From an uncultured Smithella sp. (lineage in GTDB: Bacteria > Desulfobacterota > Syntrophia > Syntrophales > Smithellaceae), in assembly GCA_964443625.1 (NCBI GenBank), contig CAYUDM010000008.1, positions 4,550 to 68,549 of the forward strand: a stretch of DNA of 64,000 nucleotides. Reading direction: 5' to 3'. Below are positions 1 to 10,214 of this stretch, in pieces (the first letter of the stretch is position 1; each line of letters starts with the position of its first letter). Under the pieces are notes generated by a model. The model was not told the origin of the DNA and did not search any database. It was given only the letters and a program-made list of their open reading frames with translations. The position numbers and the translations under genes are program-made.

Positions 1-1009
1 CGCCTTTGGTACAGCGCAGGTTACAGCCGGGGAAGCAGCCGTCCATGCCCTTGTGTTCGAAAAGACGCTCGGCGTAAGTTTTGCCGCAAATCTTTTCGGC
101 TTCGGGATGCGAACCCATCTGAAAATTGTGCACAGGCAGGGATTGATAGTCGGACTTGTTCATAAACGATACGACGCCCGCCGACCCTTTCAGGTGCATC
201 TGAAGCGCCTGCGGATCAATGTCTTTAATCACGCGGTGCAATTTGTGGCCGGCCTGCTTGGCCTTCTCCCAATCCGTCGCCCCGAAGGGATTGTCGCCGG
301 AGGGGAAATCGGCCAAAACAACGATGGCCGTAATGTTTTTGTGCCGCATGATGGAGCCCAAACCGGTGCGTCCGGCCTGCTTGGTGCGGAAAAGTCCCTT
401 TCCGGATTCCGTGGGTTTGGTAGCATCGTAATAGTGGCTGTTGATGCAGCCGTAAAGGGTATGGGCCGCGCCTGCGCCCGTTGTCAAAAACGCGATGGAT
501 TTTTTTTCATAGCCTTCGCCGGTAAAGCGCGCGATCAGTGCCGCTTCGAGATCGAAAACGTCCTTGGCGCGGGGCGGATCGGCCAGATAGACTTCTTTTT
601 TGAACCCGTCGATGACAATCATGGTCTCATCACCGGCGATGCCGGTGATGTCAAGCACGTCGAACCCCGCGTATTTCAAATAGGCGCCGAAGTAGCCGCC
701 GAAATTCGACACGCCGGGAATGCCGGTGAGCGGAGAGAGAGACACGGCCATGGATTTGCCCGATCCGGGAAACTGGGGAATGCCGCACAGCGGCCCCGGC
801 GAAAAGATCAGCGGGTTTTCCGGATCGAAGGGTTTGGTTCGTGTCGAAATTTTCTGATGGAGCAGGTAAAGCCCCAGCGCCCGGCCTCCGACAAAGAAGT
901 CGCGCGGCGCCGGATCGAGCGCCGCGACGTTCATTTGCCTCGAATCGAGGTCAACGGACAGGGTCTGATGGTTATATCCGCGCAAAAGAGCGTTTTTCGT
1001 ATATTTCAT
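1..1009 (-). CDS. aldehyde:ferredoxin oxidoreductase family protein (W/Mo), N-terminal part; runs off the window start
   Basis: Not in the ORF track. Manual translation from ATG at 1009: MKYTKNALLRGYNHQTLSVDL...FVGGRALG...DPENPLIFSPGPLCG...SPLTG...SNFGGYFGAYLKYAGFD...GCFPGCNLRC, which are AOR N-domain motifs. Confidence 0.9.
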   Translation of the reverse strand, partial: MKYTKNALLRGYNHQTLSVDLDSRQMNVAALDPAPRDFFVGGRALGLYLLHQKISTRTKPFDPENPLIFSPGPLCGIPQFPGSGKSMAVSLSPLTGIPGVSNFGGYFGAYLKYAGFDVLDITGIAGDETMIVIDGFKKEVYLADPPRAKDVFDLEAALIARFTGEGYEKKSIAFLTTGAGAAHTLYGCINSHYYDATKPTESGKGLFRTKQAGRTGLGSIMRHKNITAIVVLADFPSGDNPFGATDWEKAKQAGHKLHRVIKDIDPQALQMHLKGSAGVVSFMNKSDYQSLPVHNFQMGSHPEAEKICGKTYAERLFEHKGMDGCFPGCNLRCTKG

Positions 1010-1247
1010 GCATCATCCTTAAAAAATATGTCCGGGCACGTTAAAGCAAACAGCGCTGAAAATCAATGGGAATTCGCCTTATCTGCGCCATTGTAAGCCG
1101 TTTTAAAATGTGCTATCAGGGCCATACTAAGACACTAAGACGCATAGGCAACCCGGATCAACCCGAATTGAACACCCGACGCATCCCCGACCGGCGCCGC
1201 CGTAAAGACCCGATCCGGATGGAAGCGGCAAACATGGAGACGCCCCC

Positions 1248-2132
1248 TTGAATATTCAAAAAATTCTCGAACACTTCGACATTCGACCGCTTCTGACGGC
1301 GCGCAACGGCCTGTTTATGCTTTTTGCGGCCATTGCCTTCATTTTGGCCTACACGCCGATCACGGCGCTTCGGGCGTCAGGCAGAAGCGAATATTATTCG
1401 CACATTCCGCTCATCCCCCTGGTGAGTCTCTATCTTTTGTACCTCAAACGAAAAGAAATCACGGACTGCGCGGCCTATGCCCTCCGCCTGGGCATTGCGG
1501 TTGTGGTCGTCGCTTTGGCGCTTTTTGTCTCAGGAAAACTCTGGGCAACCGGGCTGGATCAAAACAACTATTCCTCGCTGATCGCTTTTTCGTTGTTTCT
1601 TTTCGTTCATGGCGGCTTTCTTTTAACTTATGGGTTTGCGGCCTATCGCAAGGCCCTTTTCCCTTTGTGGTTTCTGCTGTTTATGATTCCCATTCCGACG
1701 GCGGCAATGGACGGCATCATTTACCTGCTTCAGGTCGGGTCAACGGAATTCACCAATCTGCTGTTTACGATTTCCGGCGTTCCTTTCATCCGCGACGGGT
1801 TTGTTTTCCATCTGCCCAACGTCAGTGTTGAAGTCGCCAAGCAATGCAGCGGCATCCGTTCGGGTCTTGCGCTTTTCATCACGGCCCTTCTGGCCGGACA
1901 CCTTTTTTTGAAAACCTGGTGGAAGGTCGCCCTTCTGGCCGCGGTCGCCATAGTCATCGCCATGTTCAAAAACGGCATCCGGATCATCACCCTGTCGCTT
2001 CTGGGCAACTATGTCGATGTGCGGATTCTGGAAAGTTCGCTGCACCGCGAGGGGGGAATTCCTTTTTTTATTGTAGCGCTGCTGCTTCTGGCGCCGGTGC
2101 TTTTTTTCTTACGGAAGACGGAAAAAAAGTAG
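1248..2132 (+). CDS. exosortase (EpsH/XrtA-like)
   Basis: Multi-TM protein with YYSHIP, VAKQCSGIRS (Cys), NGIRI (Arg) and SSLH (His); adjacent to prsK/prsR. Confidence 0.9.
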   Translation: MNIQKILEHFDIRPLLTARNGLFMLFAAIAFILAYTPITALRASGRSEYYSHIPLIPLVSLYLLYLKRKEITDCAAYALRLGIAVVVVALALFVSGKLWATGLDQNNYSSLIAFSLFLFVHGGFLLTYGFAAYRKALFPLWFLLFMIPIPTAAMDGIIYLLQVGSTEFTNLLFTISGVPFIRDGFVFHLPNVSVEVAKQCSGIRSGLALFITALLAGHLFLKTWWKVALLAAVAIVIAMFKNGIRIITLSLLGNYVDVRILESSLHREGGIPFFIVALLLLAPVLFFLRKTEKK

Positions 2133-2167
2133 AAAATCTCAACACCCTATTTCTGGTTTAACAGACG

Positions 2168-4285
2168 ATGAACTACAACGGGATTTTTGCATACGCCGTC
2201 GCTCTCGTTACAGTCGCTGTCGTGGCGGTCGCCCTGTACCGGGGCCGCAAGTCATTGGTGCAGGGGGTTTTCGCTCTGGGGCTTTTTTTATTCGCCCTGG
2301 AAGCTGCGCTTACCGGGTATGTCTATTTTTCCGCAACCCTCGACGACTTTTTGTTGCGTCAGAAAATCCGTTTCATCGTCTCATCGCTCGTGCCGTCGGT
2401 CTGGCTTTTGTTCAGCGTGAGCTTCGCCCGCACCAATTATCTTGAACAGATTTCGAAATGGAAATGGGTGCTGGGACTTTCCGTGGTCGCGCCGCTTGCC
2501 CTGACAACGGTTTTTTCCGATTCGTTTATCGCCCTGGTTCTTTCACCCCAGAACGCCTCGACCCTGTTTATCCGCATCGGCTGGGCGGGATTCGCCTGGC
2601 ACATGGTCTGGATGCTGGTTTCGATCGGCATTTTAATGAATCTGGAAAGAACGTTTCGTCATTCAACGGGACACGCCCGCTGGCAGACTAAATTCATCTT
2701 CATCGGCGCGGCGGGCATTTTCGGCATCCGTCTTTTTACGCAAAGCCAGACGGTTCTTTTCTCCGGCGTGGACACCAGCCTTTTCGTCGTCAACCTGGGC
2801 GCGCTTTTGGTGGCCGACCTGTTTATCCTGCGCGCGTTGTTCCGCGGACGCCCCATGAGCGTGGGCGTCCAACTGTCCCACCAGTTTCTCTATACATCCT
2901 TTACCATCCTGATCGTCGGCGCCTACTTCATCGCGCTGGGCGTGATCGCCTGGATCTCCATCCGCTTTGAATGGCTGCGCAATATCAATCTGATCATCTT
3001 CCTGATCTTTCTGACCATCATCGGCCTGGCGGCCGTTTTGCTCTCGGATAGGCTGCGCATGAAAAGAAAGCGTTTCATCAGCCGTCATCTGAAGCGCCCG
3101 TACTACGATTACCAGAAAATCTGGGAAAACTTCACCGAACGCACCACCTCGGTCACGAATACCGGAGATCTTTGCCGCATTATCGTCACCATGGTTTCCG
3201 AAACGATGGAAATCCTCTCGGTGAGCATCTGGCTGACCGACGAAAAGCTCGAACGGTTGACCTTCGGCGCGTCCACCGTCTTTACCGCAAAACAAGTCGA
3301 TGAACTCAACCTCTTTAAAGACGGCGGCACCGATTTGATCCGGGCCATGGCGGATCAGAATCTGCCGGTCGATCTCAAAGGCCGGGAAGACGACTGGGCC
3401 GCGGATTTGATGAGCACCTACGACGTGGAAACCCGCGAATCGCGCATCCGCTACTGCGTGCCGCTTGTCGCGGCGGGCCAGCTCATCGGCGTCATGACGC
3501 TGGGCGACAAGGTCTTCTACGAGGCGCTGACGTTTGAAGAAACGGAACTCATCAAGACCATTTCCGATCAGGCGGCTGTAAATCTTCTGCATCTTCGCCT
3601 GTCGGAAAAACTGCGCCAGACCAGGGAACTGGAAGCGTTTCAAACCATGTCGGCCTTTTTCATGCACGATCTGAAAAATCTCGCCTCCAAACTGTCGTTG
3701 GTCACACAGAATCTGCCTTTGCACATCGACAATCCGGAATTTCGCGCCGACGCGCTCAAGGCCATTTCCCAAAGCGTGGAGAAGATCAACGGCATGAGCG
3801 GCCGGCTGGCCCTGTTAAACCGCAAAATCGATCTGGTTTTAAGCGACACGCAAATCAACGACCTTCTGGACTCGGCCGTTAACGACGCCAGAAGATCCGG
3901 TCATGCCAATATCAACCCAGACCTCGACCCGGCGCTCCCGCCCGTGTCCGCCGATTCGGACCAGATGCATAAAGTCTTTGAAAATTTATTAATGAACGCC
4001 GTGGATGCGGCGGGACCGGACGGAACCATCACCGTCTCCTCGCGGCGAAAGGATCACTGGGTGGTGGCAACCGTGTCGGACAACGGCTGCGGCATGTCGC
4101 AAGGCTATATCGACAACCATCTGTTCCGCCCCTTCCAGACCACCAAGAAAAAGGGCATGGGCATCGGCCTGTATCACTGCAAGACGATTGTGGACGCGCA
4201 CGGCGGAAAATTGCAGGTGAGCAGCGAAGAAGGCAAAGGGTCCTCCTTCAATGTTCTGCTGCCGGTTGCCAACCGAAATGACTGA
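2168..4285 (+). CDS. prsK: PEP-CTERM system sensor histidine kinase
   Basis: Multi-TM N-terminus, GAF, FFMHDLKN H-box and HATPase (GMGIGLY); lies between the exosortase and a sigma54 response regulator. Confidence 0.9.
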   Translation: MNYNGIFAYAVALVTVAVVAVALYRGRKSLVQGVFALGLFLFALEAALTGYVYFSATLDDFLLRQKIRFIVSSLVPSVWLLFSVSFARTNYLEQISKWKWVLGLSVVAPLALTTVFSDSFIALVLSPQNASTLFIRIGWAGFAWHMVWMLVSIGILMNLERTFRHSTGHARWQTKFIFIGAAGIFGIRLFTQSQTVLFSGVDTSLFVVNLGALLVADLFILRALFRGRPMSVGVQLSHQFLYTSFTILIVGAYFIALGVIAWISIRFEWLRNINLIIFLIFLTIIGLAAVLLSDRLRMKRKRFISRHLKRPYYDYQKIWENFTERTTSVTNTGDLCRIIVTMVSETMEILSVSIWLTDEKLERLTFGASTVFTAKQVDELNLFKDGGTDLIRAMADQNLPVDLKGREDDWAADLMSTYDVETRESRIRYCVPLVAAGQLIGVMTLGDKVFYEALTFEETELIKTISDQAAVNLLHLRLSEKLRQTRELEAFQTMSAFFMHDLKNLASKLSLVTQNLPLHIDNPEFRADALKAISQSVEKINGMSGRLALLNRKIDLVLSDTQINDLLDSAVNDARRSGHANINPDLDPALPPVSADSDQMHKVFENLLMNAVDAAGPDGTITVSSRRKDHWVVATVSDNGCGMSQGYIDNHLFRPFQTTKKKGMGIGLYHCKTIVDAHGGKLQVSSEEGKGSSFNVLLPVANRND

Positions 4286-4304
4286 ATAACGAGAGGACAG
4301 ACCA

Positions 4305-5660
4305 TTGCGAAAACATAAACTCCTGATTGTTGAAGATGATGAGGATCTGCGCACACAGATGAAGTGGGCGCTGGCTTCCGACTATGACGTCTTTCTGGCG
4401 GAAGACCGTTCGGCCGCGGCCGCACTCATTGCCAGGGAACATCCCGCCGTGGTGACGCTCGATCTGGGTCTGCCGCCGCAGCCGGCGGGCGTCGAGGAAG
4501 GGTTTGCCGTTCTTGATGAAATCCTGAGCGACGCGCCCGACACGAAAGTCATTATCGTCACGGGACGCGGCGAACGGGACTGCGCGCTTAAAGCGGTGGA
4601 CAAAGGCGCGTACGACTATTTCTACAAACCCATTCAGATCGACGAGCTTAAAATCGTCCTCAAGCGCGCTTTTCACTTATCTGAAATCGAGCAGGAACAA
4701 AAGGCGCTCCGGCAGAAGCTGGGCGTGGATCATTTTGAAGGCATGATCGGCATCAGCCAGAAAATGCAGGATGTTTTCTCCAGCATCCGCAAAGTGTCCA
4801 CCACCGATGAGCCGGTGCTGATCACCGGTGAATCCGGCACGGGCAAGGAACTCGTCGCGCGGGCGATCCACGCGATAAGCCTTCGACGCGACGCGAAATT
4901 CATTCCCATCAACTGCGGCGCGATTCCCGAAAACCTCATCGAAAGCGAACTGTTCGGCCATGAAAAAGGCGCGTTTACCGGCGCGCATATCCAGCGCAAA
5001 GGAAAATTTGAAATGGCGCACGGCGGCACGCTGTTTTTGGATGAAATCGGCGAGCTGCCGTCGGGGCTGCAAGTCAAGCTGTTGCGCTTCCTCCAGGACG
5101 GCGTCGTCGAGCGCATCGGCGGACGCGAGCAGATCTCCATAGATGCCCGCGTGCTGGCCGCCACCAACCGCGATTTGAAAGAAGCCATGCGCACCGGCGG
5201 ATTCCGGGAAGATTTGTTTTTTCGCCTGGGTGTTATCGCCATTGCGCTTCCGCCGCTTCGTGAACGCCAGGAAGACATCCTTCTTTTGTCGAAGGTGTTT
5301 CTGGAACGCTACGCCAAAGCCAATAAAAAGAAGATCAAAGGCTTCACCCAGCAGGCACTGGACGCCATCGAGGAATATCCCTGGCCCGGCAATGTCCGCG
5401 AGCTGGAAAACCGCATCAAGCGGGCGGTTATCATGACCGACGAGAAGAAAATCAGGCCCGAAGATATGGAAATCACCCCCAGCGGCACGCCCCGCGAACG
5501 CCTGGGTCTCAAAGAGGCCCGCGACCTCCTGGAAAAAGAACTGGTTGTCAAATCCATCGCCCGCAATGAAGGCAACCTGACCCGCGCCGCCACTGAACTG
5601 GGTATCAGCCGCCCGACCCTTTACGACCTGATGCAGAAATTCGGAATCCCGAAGGAATAG
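4305..5660 (+). CDS. prsR: PEP-CTERM-box sigma54-dependent response regulator
   Basis: REC (KLLIVEDD...QMKW), AAA+ GESGTGKE and GAFTGA, Fis HTH (LGISRPTLY). Confidence 0.9.
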   Translation: MRKHKLLIVEDDEDLRTQMKWALASDYDVFLAEDRSAAAALIAREHPAVVTLDLGLPPQPAGVEEGFAVLDEILSDAPDTKVIIVTGRGERDCALKAVDKGAYDYFYKPIQIDELKIVLKRAFHLSEIEQEQKALRQKLGVDHFEGMIGISQKMQDVFSSIRKVSTTDEPVLITGESGTGKELVARAIHAISLRRDAKFIPINCGAIPENLIESELFGHEKGAFTGAHIQRKGKFEMAHGGTLFLDEIGELPSGLQVKLLRFLQDGVVERIGGREQISIDARVLAATNRDLKEAMRTGGFREDLFFRLGVIAIALPPLRERQEDILLLSKVFLERYAKANKKKIKGFTQQALDAIEEYPWPGNVRELENRIKRAVIMTDEKKIRPEDMEITPSGTPRERLGLKEARDLLEKELVVKSIARNEGNLTRAATELGISRPTLYDLMQKFGIPKE

Positions 5661-5664
5661 AAGA

Positions 5665-5705
5665 CGGTTTCAAGTTTCTAGTTAAAGGTTTAATGTTTCA
5701 AGTCA
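5665..5705. repeat. degenerate heptamer tandem repeat (GTTTCAA-like) between convergent genes
   Basis: gtttcaa gtttcta gttaaag gtttaat gtttcaa gtcaaat. Confidence 0.55.
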
Positions 5706-5756
5706 AATACCGGCGGCTGCGCGTTTTTTATCAGGACAAGCTCTCGCGAATAAACG

Positions 5757-6707
5757 CTACAGGCCGAAGAAGGTTTTGATGTTCGCCGCGGTGCAGGACA
5801 TGAGGCGGCATCTGGCCTCGCGGCTCGCCCAGGCGATGTGAGGCGTCATGAACAGTTTGTCTTGATTTTGGATTTTCAAAAGCGGGTTGTCCGCCGCAAT
5901 GGGCTCGTTTGAAAACACATCGAGCGCCGCTCCGGCCAGGCGGTTTTCGTCAAGCGCTTGCGCCAGTGCCGCTTCGTCCACAATTCCGCCACGGCCCATG
6001 TTGACCAGATAGGCCGTCGGCTTCATCAATTGCAACCGGGATGCGTCAAGCAGGTTTCGGGTTGAATCGTTTAACGGGCAGTGAATAGAAACCACATCGG
6101 CCGCGGCAAGCAGCCCCTGAAGCGGCAGATGCGGATAGCCCGCGTCCAGATTGTTTCCCGACGTTGAGGTGTAGACGACTTTCGCGCCGAAGGCCTCGGC
6201 CACCTGCGCCACACGCCGCCCGATCGTTCCCATCCCGATAATGCCGAAAGTCTTTCCGGAAAGTTCGCCAAAAGGGCGGTCCAGGTGCGTGAAGATCGGG
6301 CTTTCGGCGTAACGGCCCGAGCGGACATAGTCGTCGTAATACCGGCAGGCGTTCATGACATAAAAAAGCATGCTGAATGTGCATTGCGCCACGGATTCCG
6401 TGGAGTAGCCCGCGACATTTTTCACGGCGATGCCTTTATGCGAGGCGTAGTCGAGATCGACGTTGTTCATGCCGGTGGCGACGATGCAGATGAGTTTGAG
6501 CTCCGGGCAGGCGTCCATCACCTCGCGGTCGATCACGACTTTGTTGGTGATGACGACATCGCAACCCCGAATGCGGCCGATGCGCTCGCCCGGCGCGGTG
6601 AGATCAAAGCTCCGGTAATCGCCCAGCGCGGAGATTTCATGTAGATTATCAACATCCCCGACGCTCGCCGCGTCGAGAAAGACGATTTTCAACGTTGTCA
6701 TGTTCAT
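5757..6707 (-). CDS. D-2-hydroxyacid dehydrogenase (glycerate dehydrogenase-like)
   Basis: GIIGMGTIG, IHCPLN, NMGRG, DVFSNEP, TPHIAW; start moved to MNMTTLK at 6707. Confidence 0.9.
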   Translation of the reverse strand: MNMTTLKIVFLDAASVGDVDNLHEISALGDYRSFDLTAPGERIGRIRGCDVVITNKVVIDREVMDACPELKLICIVATGMNNVDLDYASHKGIAVKNVAGYSTESVAQCTFSMLFYVMNACRYYDDYVRSGRYAESPIFTHLDRPFGELSGKTFGIIGMGTIGRRVAQVAEAFGAKVVYTSTSGNNLDAGYPHLPLQGLLAAADVVSIHCPLNDSTRNLLDASRLQLMKPTAYLVNMGRGGIVDEAALAQALDENRLAGAALDVFSNEPIAADNPLLKIQNQDKLFMTPHIAWASREARCRLMSCTAANIKTFFGL

Positions 6708-6723
6708 GGGCTCGCCTTTTTTT

Positions 6724-7518
6724 TCATATTTCCAGGCGCATATACCACGGATAGCGCGTGACTTCTTCAAAGCCCATCTTCCGGTACAGGGGCTCCCCGT
6801 ATTTGCTGGCTTGCAAAACGATGCACCTCGCGCCGCGGCGGAAGGCTTCGTTAACAGCCAAGGACACACAAGCCCAAGCCAGGCCGCAGCCGCGCGCCTC
6901 CGGCACGGTGCCCACCCAGTAAAGGCCCGCGATGCCGTGCGAAAAAAGGGTCATCACGGCGGATACCGGGCGATTGTTTTTGAAGGCGGCAAGAAGCGCG
7001 ATGTGAGGAACGAGCAATCGCTCCGGCGAGGAGAACATTTTCTCCCCCACAACAGCCGGCATTCCGAGACTCAGGTAACTTGCCCGAACGATCTCGCGAA
7101 AATCGACCACACCGGAAACCTCTCGAATCGGACGAATCTCCACCCCGATCGGAACGGCTCTTTCAGGCAGCGGCCTTTCGAGAATCATGCCCGGAGCATC
7201 GGAAATCAGCGTCATTTTTTCACGCAGGCAGATCTTCTCGAGATTGGCGTCGGCGTGCCGGCGAAGATGGATGCTGAATGACGAACCCCGTTCGGAATAA
7301 AATGACCGGATGCGCTCGAATGTCTTCTCGGCGTCCCTGTCCGTTTCACCAGTCAGGACCATCGCCTCGCAGGTGGTGGGAAACCGGCTGAAGCTTTTCG
7401 TCAAGAGCAGATCGCCGGCCTCGACGATCTCGCCTTTTCCATTCCAGCGCGCGGTTTCACGGATGCTTTCAGCCAGACTCAGATCGCTGTGTAGAATTTT
7501 TTCTTCAGGATCCATCAT
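6724..7518 (-). CDS. GNAT family N-acetyltransferase
   Basis: C-terminal GNAT motif A VGTVPEARGCGLA, plus LQASKYGEPLYRKMGF. Confidence 0.8.
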   Translation of the reverse strand: MMDPEEKILHSDLSLAESIRETARWNGKGEIVEAGDLLLTKSFSRFPTTCEAMVLTGETDRDAEKTFERIRSFYSERGSSFSIHLRRHADANLEKICLREKMTLISDAPGMILERPLPERAVPIGVEIRPIREVSGVVDFREIVRASYLSLGMPAVVGEKMFSSPERLLVPHIALLAAFKNNRPVSAVMTLFSHGIAGLYWVGTVPEARGCGLAWACVSLAVNEAFRRGARCIVLQASKYGEPLYRKMGFEEVTRYPWYMRLEI

Positions 7519-7539
7519 CGGACAAACCGCTTTCTCAGG

Positions 7540-8919
7540 TCATCGGTTCTCAGCAACATGCTTGAGCGGCTTGACCATCTGCTCGGTCAGGATTTTCAGA
7601 AATTTCTTCCGCACCGGCGGAATCTTCGTCAAAAGCGTCATCAAAGCGTTCATGCGGCGCGCCTTGTAGTTTTTCTGCGGAAAGTCATACAGGCCGTGCT
7701 TTTTGTAGTAGCGATGATCCGACTGAAAGACAAACCGCAGCATGCCCCAAACTTCGTCGCGGAAAATTCTGCGGCCGCCGACGCCCAGAAAGGTCATGGG
7801 TGGCGCGACACTTTCGGTTACGGGGCGCACAAGTTCCCGCGCCAGATCGGCCAAAAGTGCGTCGATCTGTTGGGCATCCCCCGATTCATCCGTGATGATG
7901 CCCGCGAGGTTGCATTCCTGAAATTCTCCGTAGGCCGTGAGAATCTGCCGCAAATTGGCAAGCTGCCCCAGCGGCCCGGAAATGAGAAAAGCGATCTGTT
8001 TGCCGATGAGCGTGGGCACATGCGTGTTGAAAAACGACCGGTCGAAATACATTTTCCAGCGCGACGACAGGTAGCGGTCGAAAATCGCGCCTGCGAAGAC
8101 GACGACATCCGCCTTTTTCACCTTTTCATTATAAAAGTCGATGTATCCGTCTTTGCCCCGATACTGGCAGATGTTGTCCAGGCCGCACCGACAGCAGCCC
8201 AGGCAGCCCCCCTTGATGTCCACATCCATCAGGTTGACCACTTCCGCCGCGGAGCCGAAATGCGCGGCAAGCGCCTCGACCATCGCATCGGTGTTACCGG
8301 AGGGCGCCTGGCCGTCTTTCAGAATCAGAACTTTCTTTCCCGAGGCATTTACCCGCGCCGGGGCGGGTCCCGGCGAATAGACGAACTCCGACCGGGTCAG
8401 AGGAGGATAGACTTTTGCCACGGGAACCTTTCTGGAAACCGAGTCGATAAACCGGCTGACAAAATTCAGCCAGCGAGCCCGCTCCGGCTTTTTCATCAGA
8501 TCGTACATGGCGGGCGAATAAGCCCCCAGGTAGTTCATCCCCAGATCATCGCAGACGGCGTGGATATAGTTGTGCGCCGTGTGATCGAAAAAATGAATGG
8601 AGGTGGAAAGCGACGCCGTGTATTTACCGGCAAAGGCGTTATGACATTTTCTTTCAAAGAGAAGTTCGATGAAGCGCTTATACTGAGAGCAGACCAACAA
8701 AAAATATAAAGGAAACGACCACAACACCGCGTCGGCCTTTTTCACCGCCTCTAAAACCTCTTCAAAGGCTTTGGAATCTTTTTCGAGTTTGCGGATAGTT
8801 TGCGCGATATGGAATGTTTCAAAAGAGTGGTCCGTAAACTTCCGTGCCGCAAAACGGACGTACTGGAGCGTGACGCTTAAATCCCCCTTGGGTGAACCGT
8901 TCAAAACAACGATCTTCAT
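7540..8919 (-). CDS. tandem-domain NAD(P)H-dependent FMN reductase / iron-sulfur flavoprotein family protein
   Basis: MKIVVLNGSPKG flavodoxin-like N-domain; second domain with GNTDAM and CLGCCRC...C. Confidence 0.75.
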   Translation of the reverse strand: MKIVVLNGSPKGDLSVTLQYVRFAARKFTDHSFETFHIAQTIRKLEKDSKAFEEVLEAVKKADAVLWSFPLYFLLVCSQYKRFIELLFERKCHNAFAGKYTASLSTSIHFFDHTAHNYIHAVCDDLGMNYLGAYSPAMYDLMKKPERARWLNFVSRFIDSVSRKVPVAKVYPPLTRSEFVYSPGPAPARVNASGKKVLILKDGQAPSGNTDAMVEALAAHFGSAAEVVNLMDVDIKGGCLGCCRCGLDNICQYRGKDGYIDFYNEKVKKADVVVFAGAIFDRYLSSRWKMYFDRSFFNTHVPTLIGKQIAFLISGPLGQLANLRQILTAYGEFQECNLAGIITDESGDAQQIDALLADLARELVRPVTESVAPPMTFLGVGGRRIFRDEVWGMLRFVFQSDHRYYKKHGLYDFPQKNYKARRMNALMTLLTKIPPVRKKFLKILTEQMVKPLKHVAENR

Positions 8920-9071
8920 GAGTCCTTCCCCTTTCCCGATCAACGACGTTTATTCAAGCCGGACGCGGGTGTCACTTTCGCACGCCTGCGGCCAAAAATC
9001 AACCGTGTCTTGGGACACGTGTCTTAGGACGCATCTTGTCACAGACGGCACAATCGGATATAGCATGCCCC

Positions 9072-10175
9072 ATGACACAAACCTCACAAACGATTCGCCA
9101 TGACCTGGCACGGAAGCTTTTGACCTGGTATCGCAAAAAGCGTCGGGCTCTCCCCTGGCGCGAAACGCCCGATCCCTATGCCATCTGGATTTCCGAAGTC
9201 ATGCTTCAGCAGACGCAGGTGGACACGGTGATCCCCTACTATCTGCGATTTTTAAAAACCTTTCCGGATGTTGTATCGCTTGCCCGCGCGCCTTTGCCCA
9301 AAGTGCTCAAAACCTGGGAGAATCTGGGCTATTACTCGCGGGCCAGACATCTTCATGCCGCAGCCCGAATGATCGTTTCCGAATTCGGCGGCCGCCTGCC
9401 CGACCTTGTGGACGATCTGCGCAGGCTGCCCGGCGTGGGCGCCTACACTGCGGGCGCGATCGCCAGCATCGCCTATGGCCGGGCTGTCGCGGCGGTGGAT
9501 GGAAATGTGAAACGAGTCTTGTGCCGGATTTTTGCTGTGGACACGCCGCTTTCAAATCCGCAGACGCTCAGGCACCTGGACGAAATCGCGCAGGGACTGG
9601 TGCCCGCCAAAGCGCCGGGCGATTTCAATTCGGCGCTTATGGATCTGGGCGCGACGGTCTGCCGGCCGAAAGGCCCGTTATGCGCCGACTGTCCTTTAGC
9701 GAAACTTTGCCTGGCCCGGCAAAACGCTCGTGAAAACGCTCTGCCGGTCGTCATCCGTCGCGTAAAAACGCCGCACCGGTATGCCGCCGCCGCGGTTCTG
9801 CTTGACGGGCAGGGTCGATTGCTTATGACGCAAAGGCCGCCCGCCGGCCTTCTGGCGTCGTTTTGGAAACTGCCCGGCGGCATTCCGACGGCCAAAGCCC
9901 CTTCCTCAAAAGATATGGCGGACGACGTACGAAAGGAATTGGGCATTGAGGTTGAGGTGGGGAAAAAAATCGCGTCGGTCGATCACGTCTACACGCATTT
10001 TCGCCTGACGCTTGCAGCCTTTACGGCAAGGCGAATTTCGGGCCGGCCCCAGGCGCTGGGATGCCAGGCCTTTGCCTGGGTTAAATCCGCTGATTTGGCC
10101 CAATTGCCTCTTTCAAAAATCGACCGGCTGATCCTGGCCGCGGCCACCGGCCTGGCGAAAAAAAAGGGCCGGTAA
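9072..10175 (+). CDS. mutY: A/G-specific adenine glycosylase
   Basis: LPWR, SEVMLQQTQV, WENLGYYSRAR, HhH LPGVGAYTA, VDGNVKRV, [4Fe-4S] Cys motif, NUDIX-like C-terminus. Confidence 0.97.
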   Translation: MTQTSQTIRHDLARKLLTWYRKKRRALPWRETPDPYAIWISEVMLQQTQVDTVIPYYLRFLKTFPDVVSLARAPLPKVLKTWENLGYYSRARHLHAAARMIVSEFGGRLPDLVDDLRRLPGVGAYTAGAIASIAYGRAVAAVDGNVKRVLCRIFAVDTPLSNPQTLRHLDEIAQGLVPAKAPGDFNSALMDLGATVCRPKGPLCADCPLAKLCLARQNARENALPVVIRRVKTPHRYAAAAVLLDGQGRLLMTQRPPAGLLASFWKLPGGIPTAKAPSSKDMADDVRKELGIEVEVGKKIASVDHVYTHFRLTLAAFTARRISGRPQALGCQAFAWVKSADLAQLPLSKIDRLILAAATGLAKKKGR

Positions 10176-10187
10176 TCCGGCCCTTTT
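10162..10187. terminator. bidirectional intrinsic terminator
   Basis: aaaagggccgg-taat-ccggccctttt between convergent mutY and bfr. Confidence 0.85.
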
Positions 10188-10214
10188 CAATAGATCCTTT
10201 TTGAAGCCCCGCAA

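Noticed and set aside
53-1096. 347-aa plus-strand ORF
   Set aside because: Antisense shadow of the minus-strand AOR (1-1009), which has clear family motifs; the plus ORF has none.
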